Source of the DNA: a virus
DNA: 64,000 bases
Strand: one strand, 5' to 3'
Virus record (IMG/VR): IMGVR_UViG_3300045988_182914
Coordinates: 28,339-92,338 of that record
A program made the translations under genes and the position numbers. Below the pieces are notes generated by a model that was given only the letters and a program-made list of their open reading frames with translations, made no database searches and was not told the DNA's origin. Below, in pieces: positions 1-9,219 of this stretch; position 1 is the first letter of the stretch; the number at the start of each line of letters is the position of its first letter.

Positions 1-16
1 GATTAAACGCTACAGA

Positions 17-40
17 TGTATCTTTGCCGGATGCTCTAAT
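17..40. repeat. 24 bp perfect direct repeat (tgtatctttgccggatgctctaat), copy 1; the second copy at 1291..1314 is the 3' coding end of gene 1281..1652
   Basis: Exact 24/24 match read directly. Copy 1 is followed by a stop and encodes a remnant LEHPAKIHL*. Confidence 0.8.
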
Positions 41-167
41 TAAGCACAAAATAAACAAAAATAACCCTCCCAAAACTCTTTAAAAGAGAAAAGGTTGGGT
101 TGTTTTTTGTCCGAGTTGTGTTACTTCTTTTATTATTAATTTTTTTAGCCAAGGGTGCGGACATTTT

Positions 168-677
168 TTATTTCCATTTTTCAGGCAATTCACCGCTTAT
201 TAAGATATATTCACCTGTCTGAAAAGCATTCCGACAAAGCCTATCATAAAAAGAGTTGTTTATTTTGGGATTGATTTCAAATACTCTACCCGTGGAACGC
301 TCTTTATATTTTACGACAAATGCATCCTCTGATAGATGCTTTAAGTATTCTTCTTTGTCAAAAGCCATCTCTGGACTTTTATTCATATTAGCATCTTTTT
401 TTGTTTTGTCATTGTTCCAGTTGTTTATTGTTGTTACCATATCTGATTTCTCAGTATGCCTTCCACATATACTGCAAATAGCAAATACATTTTCCGTTGT
501 TCCACCACAATAATATAATTTATCCTTTTCATACATCAATAAAGGTCTTTCCTTGCATCCGCAAGGGCATGGCTTCAAATTATCCCACGGATGATGACAT
601 TTACCGCTACCAGCCGAACCGATAATAATCGCATTTTTTTCTAGTGTTGAAGATTTTTTTCTTTTTTTCCAAAACAT
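168..677 (-). CDS. Hypothetical Cys-rich protein (zinc-ribbon-like CxxC/CPC motifs)
   Basis: 169 aa ORF on the minus strand with several CxxC pairs and a lysine-rich C terminus. No family recognised. Confidence 0.5.
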   Translation of the reverse strand: MFWKKRKKSSTLEKNAIIIGSAGSGKCHHPWDNLKPCPCGCKERPLLMYEKDKLYYCGGTTENVFAICSICGRHTEKSDMVTTINNWNNDKTKKDANMNKSPEMAFDKEEYLKHLSEDAFVVKYKERSTGRVFEINPKINNSFYDRLCRNAFQTGEYILISGELPEKWK

Positions 678-767
678 GTAAGCTCATCTACCTCTCTTTT
701 ATTATTTGCTCTGGATTCTGCTTCATAGCATCCATACACATCCGAAAAACTCTTTCAGCTCTTTTGT

Positions 768-1166
768 CTAGGTATCTATATTGTCGTCCTTTATAATTAT
801 TTGGATTTTCTCTTTAAACAATCCTTTTATACAGCAATCGCACACAGATTTATTCCATAGACTTTGTTTATTGGATAATTCCTGTATAGTACCTATCCAT
901 AATGGTTTCCCCAGTAATGAGGAATTTGTTTTATTAACTTTTTGCTTTCCTTCCATTATAACTAATTTTTGTGCATCCTTATAATCCATTCCTGCTTCGT
1001 GCAATAAATTCATTTTCTTAGACGCTATTCTATGTGAACGAAATCGTTTTGTATGATGATTTGCATTTATGTATGCCTTTTCTGTCCAGAGTTCACACTT
1101 TTGAAATCCGCAACTTATCAACAAATAGACTATTTGTTTTATCGTAATATTTTCATCATATAGCAT
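768..1166 (-). CDS. Hypothetical protein, possibly an HNH-like nuclease (weak)
   Basis: 132 aa with a C-x4-C ... NHH ... H ... CDCC arrangement reminiscent of zinc-binding HNH. It lies inside a segment bounded by 24 bp direct repeats. Confidence 0.35.
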   Translation of the reverse strand: MLYDENITIKQIVYLLISCGFQKCELWTEKAYINANHHTKRFRSHRIASKKMNLLHEAGMDYKDAQKLVIMEGKQKVNKTNSSLLGKPLWIGTIQELSNKQSLWNKSVCDCCIKGLFKEKIQIIIKDDNIDT

Positions 1167-1280
1167 AATTTATTATATATCCTTTTTTTCTTTCTTTATT
1201 AGTTGCTGATAATGTATACTTTTCAGTAGTCGCTTTTATTTTTTATATAGTAAAATTGCGATTTTTCTTTTATACATCTA

Positions 1281-1652
1281 TCAATCCTCCTGTATCTTTG
1301 CCGGATGCTCTAATATTTCAATAATCTGTCTGAGCTGATCCAGACTATATTTTGAATCAAGGCTGTGACTTACTTTTCTTTTAATCGAAAGAACAAGATT
1401 TTTTAATTCGATATAGTCTTTAGCTGCCTGTTCGGTCGCAAAGAGCCTCCTTGCCCAGCCACAGTTAACAACCTCTGTGAGATAATCATTTGCGCATGTC
1501 TGATATCTGCTTCCCCAGAAATCGTCTAATGTTACATATTTTCTGCCAACAGTTTTTACTGTTGCTTCAAATATCTTATTTTCTCTTGTACCGTAATCGT
1601 CTGTTACGATATATGCTTTTTGTCCTTTTTCGAAATCCTTTACTATTAACAT
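1281..1652 (-). CDS. Hypothetical protein
   Basis: 123 aa ORF. Its 3' end overlaps the direct repeat copy at 1291..1314. Confidence 0.5.
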   Translation of the reverse strand: MLIVKDFEKGQKAYIVTDDYGTRENKIFEATVKTVGRKYVTLDDFWGSRYQTCANDYLTEVVNCGWARRLFATEQAAKDYIELKNLVLSIKRKVSHSLDSKYSLDQLRQIIEILEHPAKIQED

Positions 1653-1665
1653 TGTTTTCCTCCAA

Positions 1666-1908
1666 TCATGTCAAATAATATCCTTTTTCTTTTATCATCT
1701 CAATATCACGTATATGCAGCATTTTTGTCACCTGCATTTGTTTATTCCCATAGCAGTTGTAGTCTGCAGTTACTTTGCGGCATCCATCCTCATTGGGCTC
1801 GCTGATATGAGTTATGTTTGTTACGTATTCTTCTACTAAATTCACAAAAGTCTTCTTCATTGTTTTCTTTTTAGGTACTATAAGTATGATAGATTTTGTT
1901 CTGCCCAT
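1666..1908 (-). CDS. Hypothetical small protein
   Basis: 80 aa ORF closely packed with its neighbours. Confidence 0.4.
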   Translation of the reverse strand: MGRTKSIILIVPKKKTMKKTFVNLVEEYVTNITHISEPNEDGCRKVTADYNCYGNKQMQVTKMLHIRDIEMIKEKGYYLT

Positions 1909-1954
1909 TAGCTTTCCATATAAAAACAGCCCGCATTTCTGCGGACTGCATCTT

Positions 1955-3118
1955 CTAAAACATCTCTTTTGGCCTTGTTTTTATGTCCATGGCAAGGATT
2001 TTATACTTGTCACCTGCGTCTATCTTTCCTTTAACGAAGTTAAGCGCATGCGAATCTATTGTCTCCTCAAGCACGCTTCTGACTGTTCTGGCATTGCCAA
2101 ATGTCATCAGTTTTCTCTCTTTTGCCATTCTGGTGTCAAATGCGGCATAGGCATTGTCAGCGACAGCATATCCTCTCTCTCCGGCCATTCCCATAAAAAT
2201 CTCCCTCATCTCCTGCTCGTTGTAATCCGGGAAGTCCAGATATTCCTTGACACGGGAAGCAAAGCCCGTGTTTGACCTGATAAGGTCTTTCATTTCATTC
2301 GTATATCCGGCAAGAATAAGGATAAACTTATCCCTGTTATCCTCCATTTCTTTGATAAGGGTTGCGATAGCCTGTGCTCCAAGCTCATCCTCTGCAAGGG
2401 CATACGCCTCATCTATGAACAGTACTCCGCCATAAGCCTGTCTTACTATATATCTTACCTTAATCGCCGTATTTCCTGTTGTTCCGGCTTTCAAAAAGTT
2501 GCCATCTATCTCAATGATTTTATTCTCTGAAATATATTTGTACTTATATAGAAGACCGGTGATTATTCTTGCCACAGTTGTCTTGCCTGTACCGGGACTT
2601 CCGTAAAATACCATGTGCCTGCCGCTCATCGAATTCCCGGTTTTGTCGTTTGTATCTTTTCTGCCACTTCGGTCAAATCGCATCCTTGCTTCCATTTCCT
2701 CAACCTTTTCCTTGACAGGAACGAGGCCTGTCAGCTTTTTCAGGTCGTCTTCCGGATTCTTTGAGCCCTTTTTCTTTATTTCTTTTAAAGCTGTATTCCC
2801 GATAATTCCTTCGATATTAGCTGTCTGCTGCATGTCAAGCTGCCTGCGCTCCTCCTTTGAGTAGTCGTACCGGTCCTTCCCGACACGCTGTCCGAACTCA
2901 TCATACTCACAGTCCGCCTTGTACACATTCATTATTTTCCCTGTCTTTTTAACAAAAAACAGTGGAATTGCACTGATTATTACAACTGCTGCTGTCAGCA
3001 CTGTATTCATCTTAGCAAAATATCCCATTACAAATACTACTATCAGACATACTGGAAAAGTCATTATGCAAAACATATTGACTAAAAACATAAGCCTGTA
3101 TTTCAATTTTAAACTCAT
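1955..3118 (-). CDS. AAA+ ATPase of the SpoVK/CbbX family with an N-terminal double transmembrane anchor
   Basis: Walker A FYGSPGTGKTTVAR and Walker B VLFIDEAYAL are present. Similarity to SpoVK/CbbX runs through ...LILAGYTNEMKDL... Two hydrophobic helices at the N terminus. Confidence 0.8.
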   Translation of the reverse strand: MSLKLKYRLMFLVNMFCIMTFPVCLIVVFVMGYFAKMNTVLTAAVVIISAIPLFFVKKTGKIMNVYKADCEYDEFGQRVGKDRYDYSKEERRQLDMQQTANIEGIIGNTALKEIKKKGSKNPEDDLKKLTGLVPVKEKVEEMEARMRFDRSGRKDTNDKTGNSMSGRHMVFYGSPGTGKTTVARIITGLLYKYKYISENKIIEIDGNFLKAGTTGNTAIKVRYIVRQAYGGVLFIDEAYALAEDELGAQAIATLIKEMEDNRDKFILILAGYTNEMKDLIRSNTGFASRVKEYLDFPDYNEQEMREIFMGMAGERGYAVADNAYAAFDTRMAKERKLMTFGNARTVRSVLEETIDSHALNFVKGKIDAGDKYKILAMDIKTRPKEMF

Positions 3119-3918
3119 TAATTCTCCTTTCTGAGCCTTTCCTTTAATATTCCATAAGCATCATTTATCTTCTGCGCATAATACGCCGCATCTTCATCAT
3201 CGTCCATTGTGTCCGGATGAAAAGTCTTCATAAGCTTATTCCTCTGTTTCCTGATTTCCTCCATGTCATATGTATCATCAACAAGCAGGGTTGCTTTTGC
3301 AAGAGTATATTCACGCTCATCTACAGCCCCAAAAAAGTCATCAAGGTTTCTGCTGTTGAGCGCCCTCTCCCATGCACGGTTTATAAGTGTCTCAAACATG
3401 CATAACACTTCAGGTGCCTCGTATGTGCAGCTTCCATCGTTATTCATCTGCGTAATTCTGCATACATCATCGCTTTTTATGATCCGCCTGAATTCAAGCC
3501 GCGGGCTGTGCAGGCTCATGTATATTTCAACATCCGCATGTATTCCACCCTTTGCCCACGCGGGATTTAATACTGCAAAGCTCATATCCCTGACATCCGC
3601 AAGATTAAATACATCATAGCAGCTATCTGGCAGCATGCCGCCATCAGTCAGTTTCTTTGCAAAGGCAATATACCCCATATGCTCATCAAGGACAAGCTCA
3701 CCATAACGCGCAGTCCTTTTAAATGACTTTATGATATACGGATGCCGCCTGACGTCTTTTTCTATATAAAACTTTATGTCTTCCATATCGAATTCAGAAA
3801 TTTTCTTTTTCATTTCTGATGGCAGTTTTTTACAGCAGTTCTTGCAGATTCTTTCATTTCCTTTAATGCTTCTGCTAAACAGTTTTCCGGTCTCCTGACC
3901 ACAGATGCAGCATTTCAA
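3118..3918 (-). CDS. J-domain (DnaJ-like) protein with an N-terminal zinc ribbon
   Basis: C-terminal ...YDMEEIRKQRNKLMKTFHPD... with the HPD motif typical of J domains. N-terminal CCICG...CKNCC. Its stop overlaps the start of the AAA+ gene (ATGA at 3118). Confidence 0.7.
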   Translation of the reverse strand: MKCCICGQETGKLFSRSIKGNERICKNCCKKLPSEMKKKISEFDMEDIKFYIEKDVRRHPYIIKSFKRTARYGELVLDEHMGYIAFAKKLTDGGMLPDSCYDVFNLADVRDMSFAVLNPAWAKGGIHADVEIYMSLHSPRLEFRRIIKSDDVCRITQMNNDGSCTYEAPEVLCMFETLINRAWERALNSRNLDDFFGAVDEREYTLAKATLLVDDTYDMEEIRKQRNKLMKTFHPDTMDDDEDAAYYAQKINDAYGILKERLRKEN

Positions 3919-4028
3919 AATTACATTCCTCCTACGTTCATATGCAGAGTATGTTTTTTATTTCTCTGAAAAAAGTTCAAAAAAAAGAGTTCCGGAATTC
4001 CAGAATTCTTTTTAAACGTATTTTTTTC

Positions 4029-4058
4029 GCAATGTTTTGAGAATAAGCTGTCATCTGC
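4029..4058 (-). pseudogene. 31 bp fragment identical to the C-terminal coding region of the Rpn-family transposase gene (47189..47218); likely a remnant
   Basis: Exact match cgcaatgttttgagaataagctgtcatctgc. The 61 aa ORF 3977..4162 contains MTAYSQNIA, as does Rpn. Confidence 0.35.
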
Positions 4059-4290
4059 TTTACTCCGTACCCGGCCAGTGCATAAAAAATCGGGAACGAG
4101 CGATTACCCATTCCCTGCAAAAATTTAATTTTTAATCGTGTCATTATATTAACATGATTCATTTATATCGTTAATATTTGAAACAAATTTAATATTTTTT
4201 GCGGATGGCTTATTTGTTCCCCTTTGCAAGTTATTTGCTCGTCTTTCCATATAAGCGCAAAAGAAAAAGAGAGGTTTCCCTCTCTTTTTT

Positions 4291-4641
4291 TTAGGCAACA
4301 CTTGCGCAGTATACCATGCGGTAGAACTCCGCTTTTGTAAAGGCCCCGTCTCCCGGATGGTTCTTTACATACCTGTCATATTCATTCTGACAGGCAGCGC
4401 AGTACTTAACACCTATTTTTACCACGCCGTTGTTCTTTTTTGCGTAGTCTAAAAGTGCTTCTGCATCCTCGCCGTCTATCGTGCGCAGGAATGTACCAAC
4501 GCTTCTTACCTCATCAGTCTGAAGTATAAACGCTTTGACAACATCCATTTTTATTTCGCAGAGCATTTCCTTTGAAGGCACAAACTCATCACCTTTGTAG
4601 TATTTGAGCTTTACGCGTGCCGTTTTTTCTTTCTTCTCCAT
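4291..4641 (-). CDS. Hypothetical protein
   Basis: 116 aa ORF. A bidirectional terminator lies downstream at about 4262..4290. Confidence 0.5.
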   Translation of the reverse strand: MEKKEKTARVKLKYYKGDEFVPSKEMLCEIKMDVVKAFILQTDEVRSVGTFLRTIDGEDAEALLDYAKKNNGVVKIGVKYCAACQNEYDRYVKNHPGDGAFTKAEFYRMVYCASVA

Positions 4642-4656
4642 GTTTCCTCCTATTTT

Positions 4657-4878
4657 TCATTCAATTTTTTCACACCTGTCCTCGCCGAAAACGACGCCAA
4701 GCGTACTACCATTATCCCATTTGACATGGATTGTTCCGATGTCATCAACACCAATGACATTTCCCTCTTCGCCGGGCTCAAGCCTTGAATAAGGATCATC
4801 CATGCGTATGAGTCTTACTCGTGTTCCTTCCGGATAATCATGCTTCAGTTTCTGCAGCATAGTATCTGATATACGCAT
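4657..4878 (-). CDS. DUF4314-like small protein
   Basis: 73 aa. The motif GEEGNVIGVDDIGTIHVKWDNGSTLGVVFGEDRC resembles DUF4314, which is common on Firmicutes mobile elements. Confidence 0.55.
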   Translation of the reverse strand: MRISDTMLQKLKHDYPEGTRVRLIRMDDPYSRLEPGEEGNVIGVDDIGTIHVKWDNGSTLGVVFGEDRCEKIE

Positions 4879-5687
4879 TACTGTTCCTCCTTTTCTGACT
4901 CGAGCATTATATAGCTTAAGTTTCTGTCATTATAGACAAAGTCCAAAAGATCCGGAATGCAGGCCTCAAGACTTGGATATTTATTTCTTACATATTCCTT
5001 CATATCCATCTGTCCGCCGTCGCCTTCTTCGACAGTTCCATAGTCAAGGTCGTATGTCTCATAGTAAACATAATCGACGATACCATCTTCCTCGTCTTCA
5101 GGCAGCAGGTTATCTCCCGTACCTTCGCTTATGCACAAAAGCTCATTCTTGGCCGGAACGAAGATTATAATCGGACTGTAATCTCCGTCCTTGCAGCACT
5201 CAGTCTTCTCAATTACTTCGTGGCATTGCCCCATGCGCATGCCGCCCTGAAGCAGTTTCGCCCAGTCATAAGCTGTATAACAAAATGCACAGTTAAGACA
5301 ATTTGCACTTCTGTCCGGATATTTTTCCCTGAACAGATCAAAAGCTTCCTTACGGTCTTTTGCCCTCACAATCAGGTATCCTCCCTGATATGGAAATTTT
5401 TTATCACTTCCAAAAGTGAAGAAAAACAATTCGTCCTTCGGACACTTGTCTTCCTTGACAAAATTAACTGTATCCACAACGACAGTCTCTCCGCAGCCTG
5501 TTACGTCAAGGGCATCGTAGACGAGTCCTTTGGGATTGCTGTCCTCGTTCACAAGTGTCTCTGACGATGTTCTGTTAAAGACCAGTGCCTCCCTGATTTT
5601 TCCTGTCTGTGTCTTGTAAAAGATGCGGTTTCCTGGGTACAGGTAATTGTAGGCCTCAAAAAAGGCCTCGATTTCATTGTTTGCCAT
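4878..5687 (-). CDS. Hypothetical protein
   Basis: 269 aa ORF with a conserved upstream motif at about 5700..5745. Confidence 0.55.
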   Translation of the reverse strand: MANNEIEAFFEAYNYLYPGNRIFYKTQTGKIREALVFNRTSSETLVNEDSNPKGLVYDALDVTGCGETVVVDTVNFVKEDKCPKDELFFFTFGSDKKFPYQGGYLIVRAKDRKEAFDLFREKYPDRSANCLNCAFCYTAYDWAKLLQGGMRMGQCHEVIEKTECCKDGDYSPIIIFVPAKNELLCISEGTGDNLLPEDEEDGIVDYVYYETYDLDYGTVEEGDGGQMDMKEYVRNKYPSLEACIPDLLDFVYNDRNLSYIMLESEKEEQ

Positions 5688-5762
5688 AATTTATATTTCC
5701 TCCATTTTTCTTTTTTCTATACAAAGAGTATGTTCGATTTATTAATATTCGAAAAACTATCA

Positions 5763-5800
5763 TTTTATAAATTGATAGTTATAATTTTTTGTGATATAAT
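5763..5800 (+). promoter_or_regulatory. Sigma70-like promoter TTGATA-17-TATAAT upstream of the plus-strand gene 5840..6313
   Basis: ttgatagttataattttttgtgatataat, read directly. Confidence 0.5.
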
Positions 5801-5839
5801 GAATGCAGATGGAAACATTGAGAGAAAAGGAGAAAAAAT

Positions 5840-6313
5840 ATGTCAAATGCAGAAATTGCAGCATGGGAGCTGGATAAAAAATTAGATGGCAGGTCTTTAC
5901 GTTACAAGATTGAAGACGCCCCTTATTATAAAAATCATAATGAAAAATCATTTGATACAATTCGGGAAATGTTGGAGCGCGTTGGTGTTAATCTCGAAAA
6001 AGACGATGACTGTCTTTCTATTTCAATTAATTCGCAAAAATACGCTGCCGCAGCAAGAACCTACGCCGGGCGCGGCCGCCGGTTTGCGTATCCCAAAAAT
6101 GAATATAAGGCATATACATATTCTGACATTGTATATATGCTTAACAGCATGTCTAACGATGAGGTTGCCTCTAAAATAGACATGCCGATTGCCACGTTTT
6201 ACAGGCACAAAAAAAGACTTGTAAATTCTGATTATTATAAGGCACTCGACACATCCAGACTGGATGACATCGAATACCTGAAAAGCTGCAGAGATTCCGA
6301 TATTTGCTTCTAA
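5840..6313 (+). CDS. Hypothetical protein, possible HTH-containing
   Basis: 157 aa ORF with RBS aaggagaaaaaat before the ATG. Segment SNDEVASKIDMPIATFYRHKKRL looks HTH-like. Confidence 0.55.
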   Translation: MSNAEIAAWELDKKLDGRSLRYKIEDAPYYKNHNEKSFDTIREMLERVGVNLEKDDDCLSISINSQKYAAAARTYAGRGRRFAYPKNEYKAYTYSDIVYMLNSMSNDEVASKIDMPIATFYRHKKRLVNSDYYKALDTSRLDDIEYLKSCRDSDICF

Positions 6314-6554
6314 ACAAAAAACCGCTGGATTATCCTGGCGGTTTTTCTGCATTTCTTGGCACGTACAGTATCTGCATAAAAATGTACCCAAATTGGGCAG
6401 ATAAACAAAAAGAGTACCCGTAACGGATACTCTTTTTTGTTTATTTCTTTGTAAATTCATACGGCTTCATTCTGGCATAATTGCAGTACATACCGGGATT
6501 TTCCCGTTGACTGTATATGTCAGGAACTAACGTTACTTTTTTCATGGCAGTTTC

Positions 6555-6980
6555 CTATGCAATAAAGTCAAACTTTACACCGCCGACTTTGCATTTCTGA
6601 ACTTCTGGATTAAAATTTTCAATTACCAGAAATTCATCTATACGGCATAATCCTGTTTCAAGTTCCTTGTCATTGAATGACTCTAAAAAATCTTTACAGT
6701 TGCCATCATACACCTCGTCGTATTCATCAGTTAATGGCTCTTCACTGTCACCATATATAATAACATCTTCATTATCAAGAGTTTCTTGTTTTGGATTTTT
6801 AAGCTTTATTATACAGTCACCGTTTATATCATGCTGAAGATGTTCATATGTAACAAGTATATCTGATTTGGACATATGCACTGGAAAGTCAAAGAATAAA
6901 GAATTTAATTCTGTATCATATTTCTTATACTCTGACATTACATGCTCGTACAATTCTTGTGAAGTTTTTATCGATTCCAT
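6555..6980 (-). CDS. Hypothetical highly acidic protein
   Basis: 141 aa, rich in D and E. Confidence 0.5.
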   Translation of the reverse strand: MESIKTSQELYEHVMSEYKKYDTELNSLFFDFPVHMSKSDILVTYEHLQHDINGDCIIKLKNPKQETLDNEDVIIYGDSEEPLTDEYDEVYDGNCKDFLESFNDKELETGLCRIDEFLVIENFNPEVQKCKVGGVKFDFIA

Positions 6981-7053
6981 ATTTTCTCCATTCTACCTGC
7001 CTATAAAGGGCAGGATTTTAAAAATCCATGCCCTTATTGGTCATGTTTACATG

Positions 7054-9174
7054 TTATTCTCCTATCATCTCAAGGAATTCATCCTCAGAAATGATAGGCA
7101 CGCCAAGTTCCTTAGCTTTCTTATTCTTTCCTGATGTACTTTCTACATCATTATTAATAAGATAGCTGGTTTTCTTAGTTACAGAGCCGGTTGCTTTGCC
7201 ACCCAGTTCTTCAATTTTCGTCTGCAATTCTGCACGGTTCTTGAAATGGTTAACTGAGCCGGTGATAACAAATGTCTTGCCGGAAAGAATATTTTTACTA
7301 GCAGGTACATCTGCTTCTGCTGGAACCTCGACATCAATCCATCTGAGCAAGTCATAAACTTCGGCATTGTTTGAGATTCTCCACATCTCATCCAGTAAAT
7401 TCTTCTCAAATGGAATCCATCCAAGATATCTGCTGCCCCAGTCCCAAAGACTGAGCTCAATCTTTTCTCCAATTCCGTCTATGCCTGTAAAACATTTACG
7501 ATTATAGACATCGTTGAAAAACTTCCTGACATCACCTTTGTAGGCCTTGTCAAACAATTTTGCCTGTCCTTTTCCTACCATAGGAATACCAAGCGCATGG
7601 ATAAACGGTACAAATGTTGTCTTACGGCTTCTCTGAATTGATTTCCAAATATTGTCATATGACTTCTGTCCAAAACCATCCATTGCAGCAATGTCACGCT
7701 CAAAAGTATCAAGTCTGTACAGATCTGCAAGCTGCTTAATGAAGCCCTTTTCAATAAATTTCTCAAGGGTTTTCTCTGACAGACCGATAATATCCATGCA
7801 GTCTCTCTCGCAGAAATGTACGAATTTCTTAACCTGCTTTACAGCACAGTTAGGATTTGTACACATCTCTACCTCAACGTCTCTGTCACCAGAATGTGTA
7901 ATCATTGGCGATGTTTCCATGCCACACACCGGACATGTACATGCATGAGACTCAGCGTAAGTAAGCTCATCTCCCGGTGTCATGTTTTTATCGACCTGTG
8001 GAATTATTTTATTACTTTTGAACACTGAAATCTTATCACCAACTCTCAGACGCAGTTTTTTAACGATTGATACATTATGTACGCTCGCTCTTGTAACTGT
8101 AGTTCCCTCAAGCTGTACCGGATCAAAGACTGCAACAGGATTAATACGTCCTGTTCTGCTAGGAGACCATTCAATTTCTCTCAAAGTGGTTTCAACACAC
8201 TCGTCAGCCCACTTGAAAGCAAAGCCTGTGAGCCTGTTAGGATGATGTCCTGTGACAGGAAGCGCGTCAGCAACTCTGTAATCATCCGATGCAACAACAA
8301 GTCCGTCTACAGGATAATCCAGTGTCTCTACTCTATCAGAGAAACTATTCATAACATTGATAATCTGATCCGGTAAATCTGAATCTACATCTGGATTGCT
8401 TGAATAAGCTCTTGCAAGCTCATGTTCAACAACACCAAATCCCAGTCTCTCAAGCAGTGTCAATGCACCAAAGAAAGTTTCAGGTACCTCAATTTTGTCA
8501 TCAGCAGCAGGCTCTATATGCACAAGCTTAAAAGCTTTAAACATAACCTTTCTGCCTCTAAGACCTGGTTCTTTGATTGTTATTGTTGAATTTGCAAGAT
8601 TACGAGGATTTGAATACTCCTCTTCATCCTCTTCCAGATTTGAATTAATTCTTTCAAATTCTGAATAAGTCATGAGAGCTTCACCTCTGGCCACTAATTT
8701 TCCTTTAAAACCAATGGTCATTGGAATACCTTCGATGTATGGTGCCTGATGAGTTATATCACTTCCTACCTCACCATTTCCGCGAGTAACAGACTGTACC
8801 AGACGGCCATTATTGTATTCCAGTACTATAGTACTACCGTCAAGTTTCCACATGACGTTACAGACTCCATCCCAAGACTCAGAAAAGACTTCTGGAAATT
8901 CGTTAATATCCTTTGTCTTATCAAGCGACAGTGCCGGAAACTCATGTTTGACTTTCTTAAGGCCATTTCCGCCAATCTCATCTGCACCAACTTTTTGTGT
9001 TGGGGAATCCGGCAGAATAATCCCTGTCTCTTTCTCAAGCTGTGCAAGCTCATCAAACATTGTATCCCACTCATAATTCGACATGATTTCGTCTTTGCCA
9101 TTATAGTAGGCATCTGATGCCTCATTCAGCTTGTTGATAAGTTTCTCCATGATTTTTACGTTTTCGTTGTTCAT
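7054..9174 (-). CDS. ligA: NAD+-dependent DNA ligase LigA
   Basis: 706 aa. Adenylation motif KLDGSTIV (KxDG), OB fold, Zn-finger CxxC, HhH and C-terminal BRCT, all in canonical LigA order. RBS GGAGGA sits upstream. Confidence 0.95.
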   Translation of the reverse strand: MNNENVKIMEKLINKLNEASDAYYNGKDEIMSNYEWDTMFDELAQLEKETGIILPDSPTQKVGADEIGGNGLKKVKHEFPALSLDKTKDINEFPEVFSESWDGVCNVMWKLDGSTIVLEYNNGRLVQSVTRGNGEVGSDITHQAPYIEGIPMTIGFKGKLVARGEALMTYSEFERINSNLEEDEEEYSNPRNLANSTITIKEPGLRGRKVMFKAFKLVHIEPAADDKIEVPETFFGALTLLERLGFGVVEHELARAYSSNPDVDSDLPDQIINVMNSFSDRVETLDYPVDGLVVASDDYRVADALPVTGHHPNRLTGFAFKWADECVETTLREIEWSPSRTGRINPVAVFDPVQLEGTTVTRASVHNVSIVKKLRLRVGDKISVFKSNKIIPQVDKNMTPGDELTYAESHACTCPVCGMETSPMITHSGDRDVEVEMCTNPNCAVKQVKKFVHFCERDCMDIIGLSEKTLEKFIEKGFIKQLADLYRLDTFERDIAAMDGFGQKSYDNIWKSIQRSRKTTFVPFIHALGIPMVGKGQAKLFDKAYKGDVRKFFNDVYNRKCFTGIDGIGEKIELSLWDWGSRYLGWIPFEKNLLDEMWRISNNAEVYDLLRWIDVEVPAEADVPASKNILSGKTFVITGSVNHFKNRAELQTKIEELGGKATGSVTKKTSYLINNDVESTSGKNKKAKELGVPIISEDEFLEMIGE

Positions 9175-9219
9175 ATTTTATTTCCTCCATTTTTCTTTAT
9201 ATATAACCTCAGTGACACA

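Noticed and set aside
768-1166. Confident call of an HNH homing endonuclease
   Set aside because: Only a loose C...NHH...H...CxCC pattern is visible. It is kept as a low-confidence possibility, not a call.
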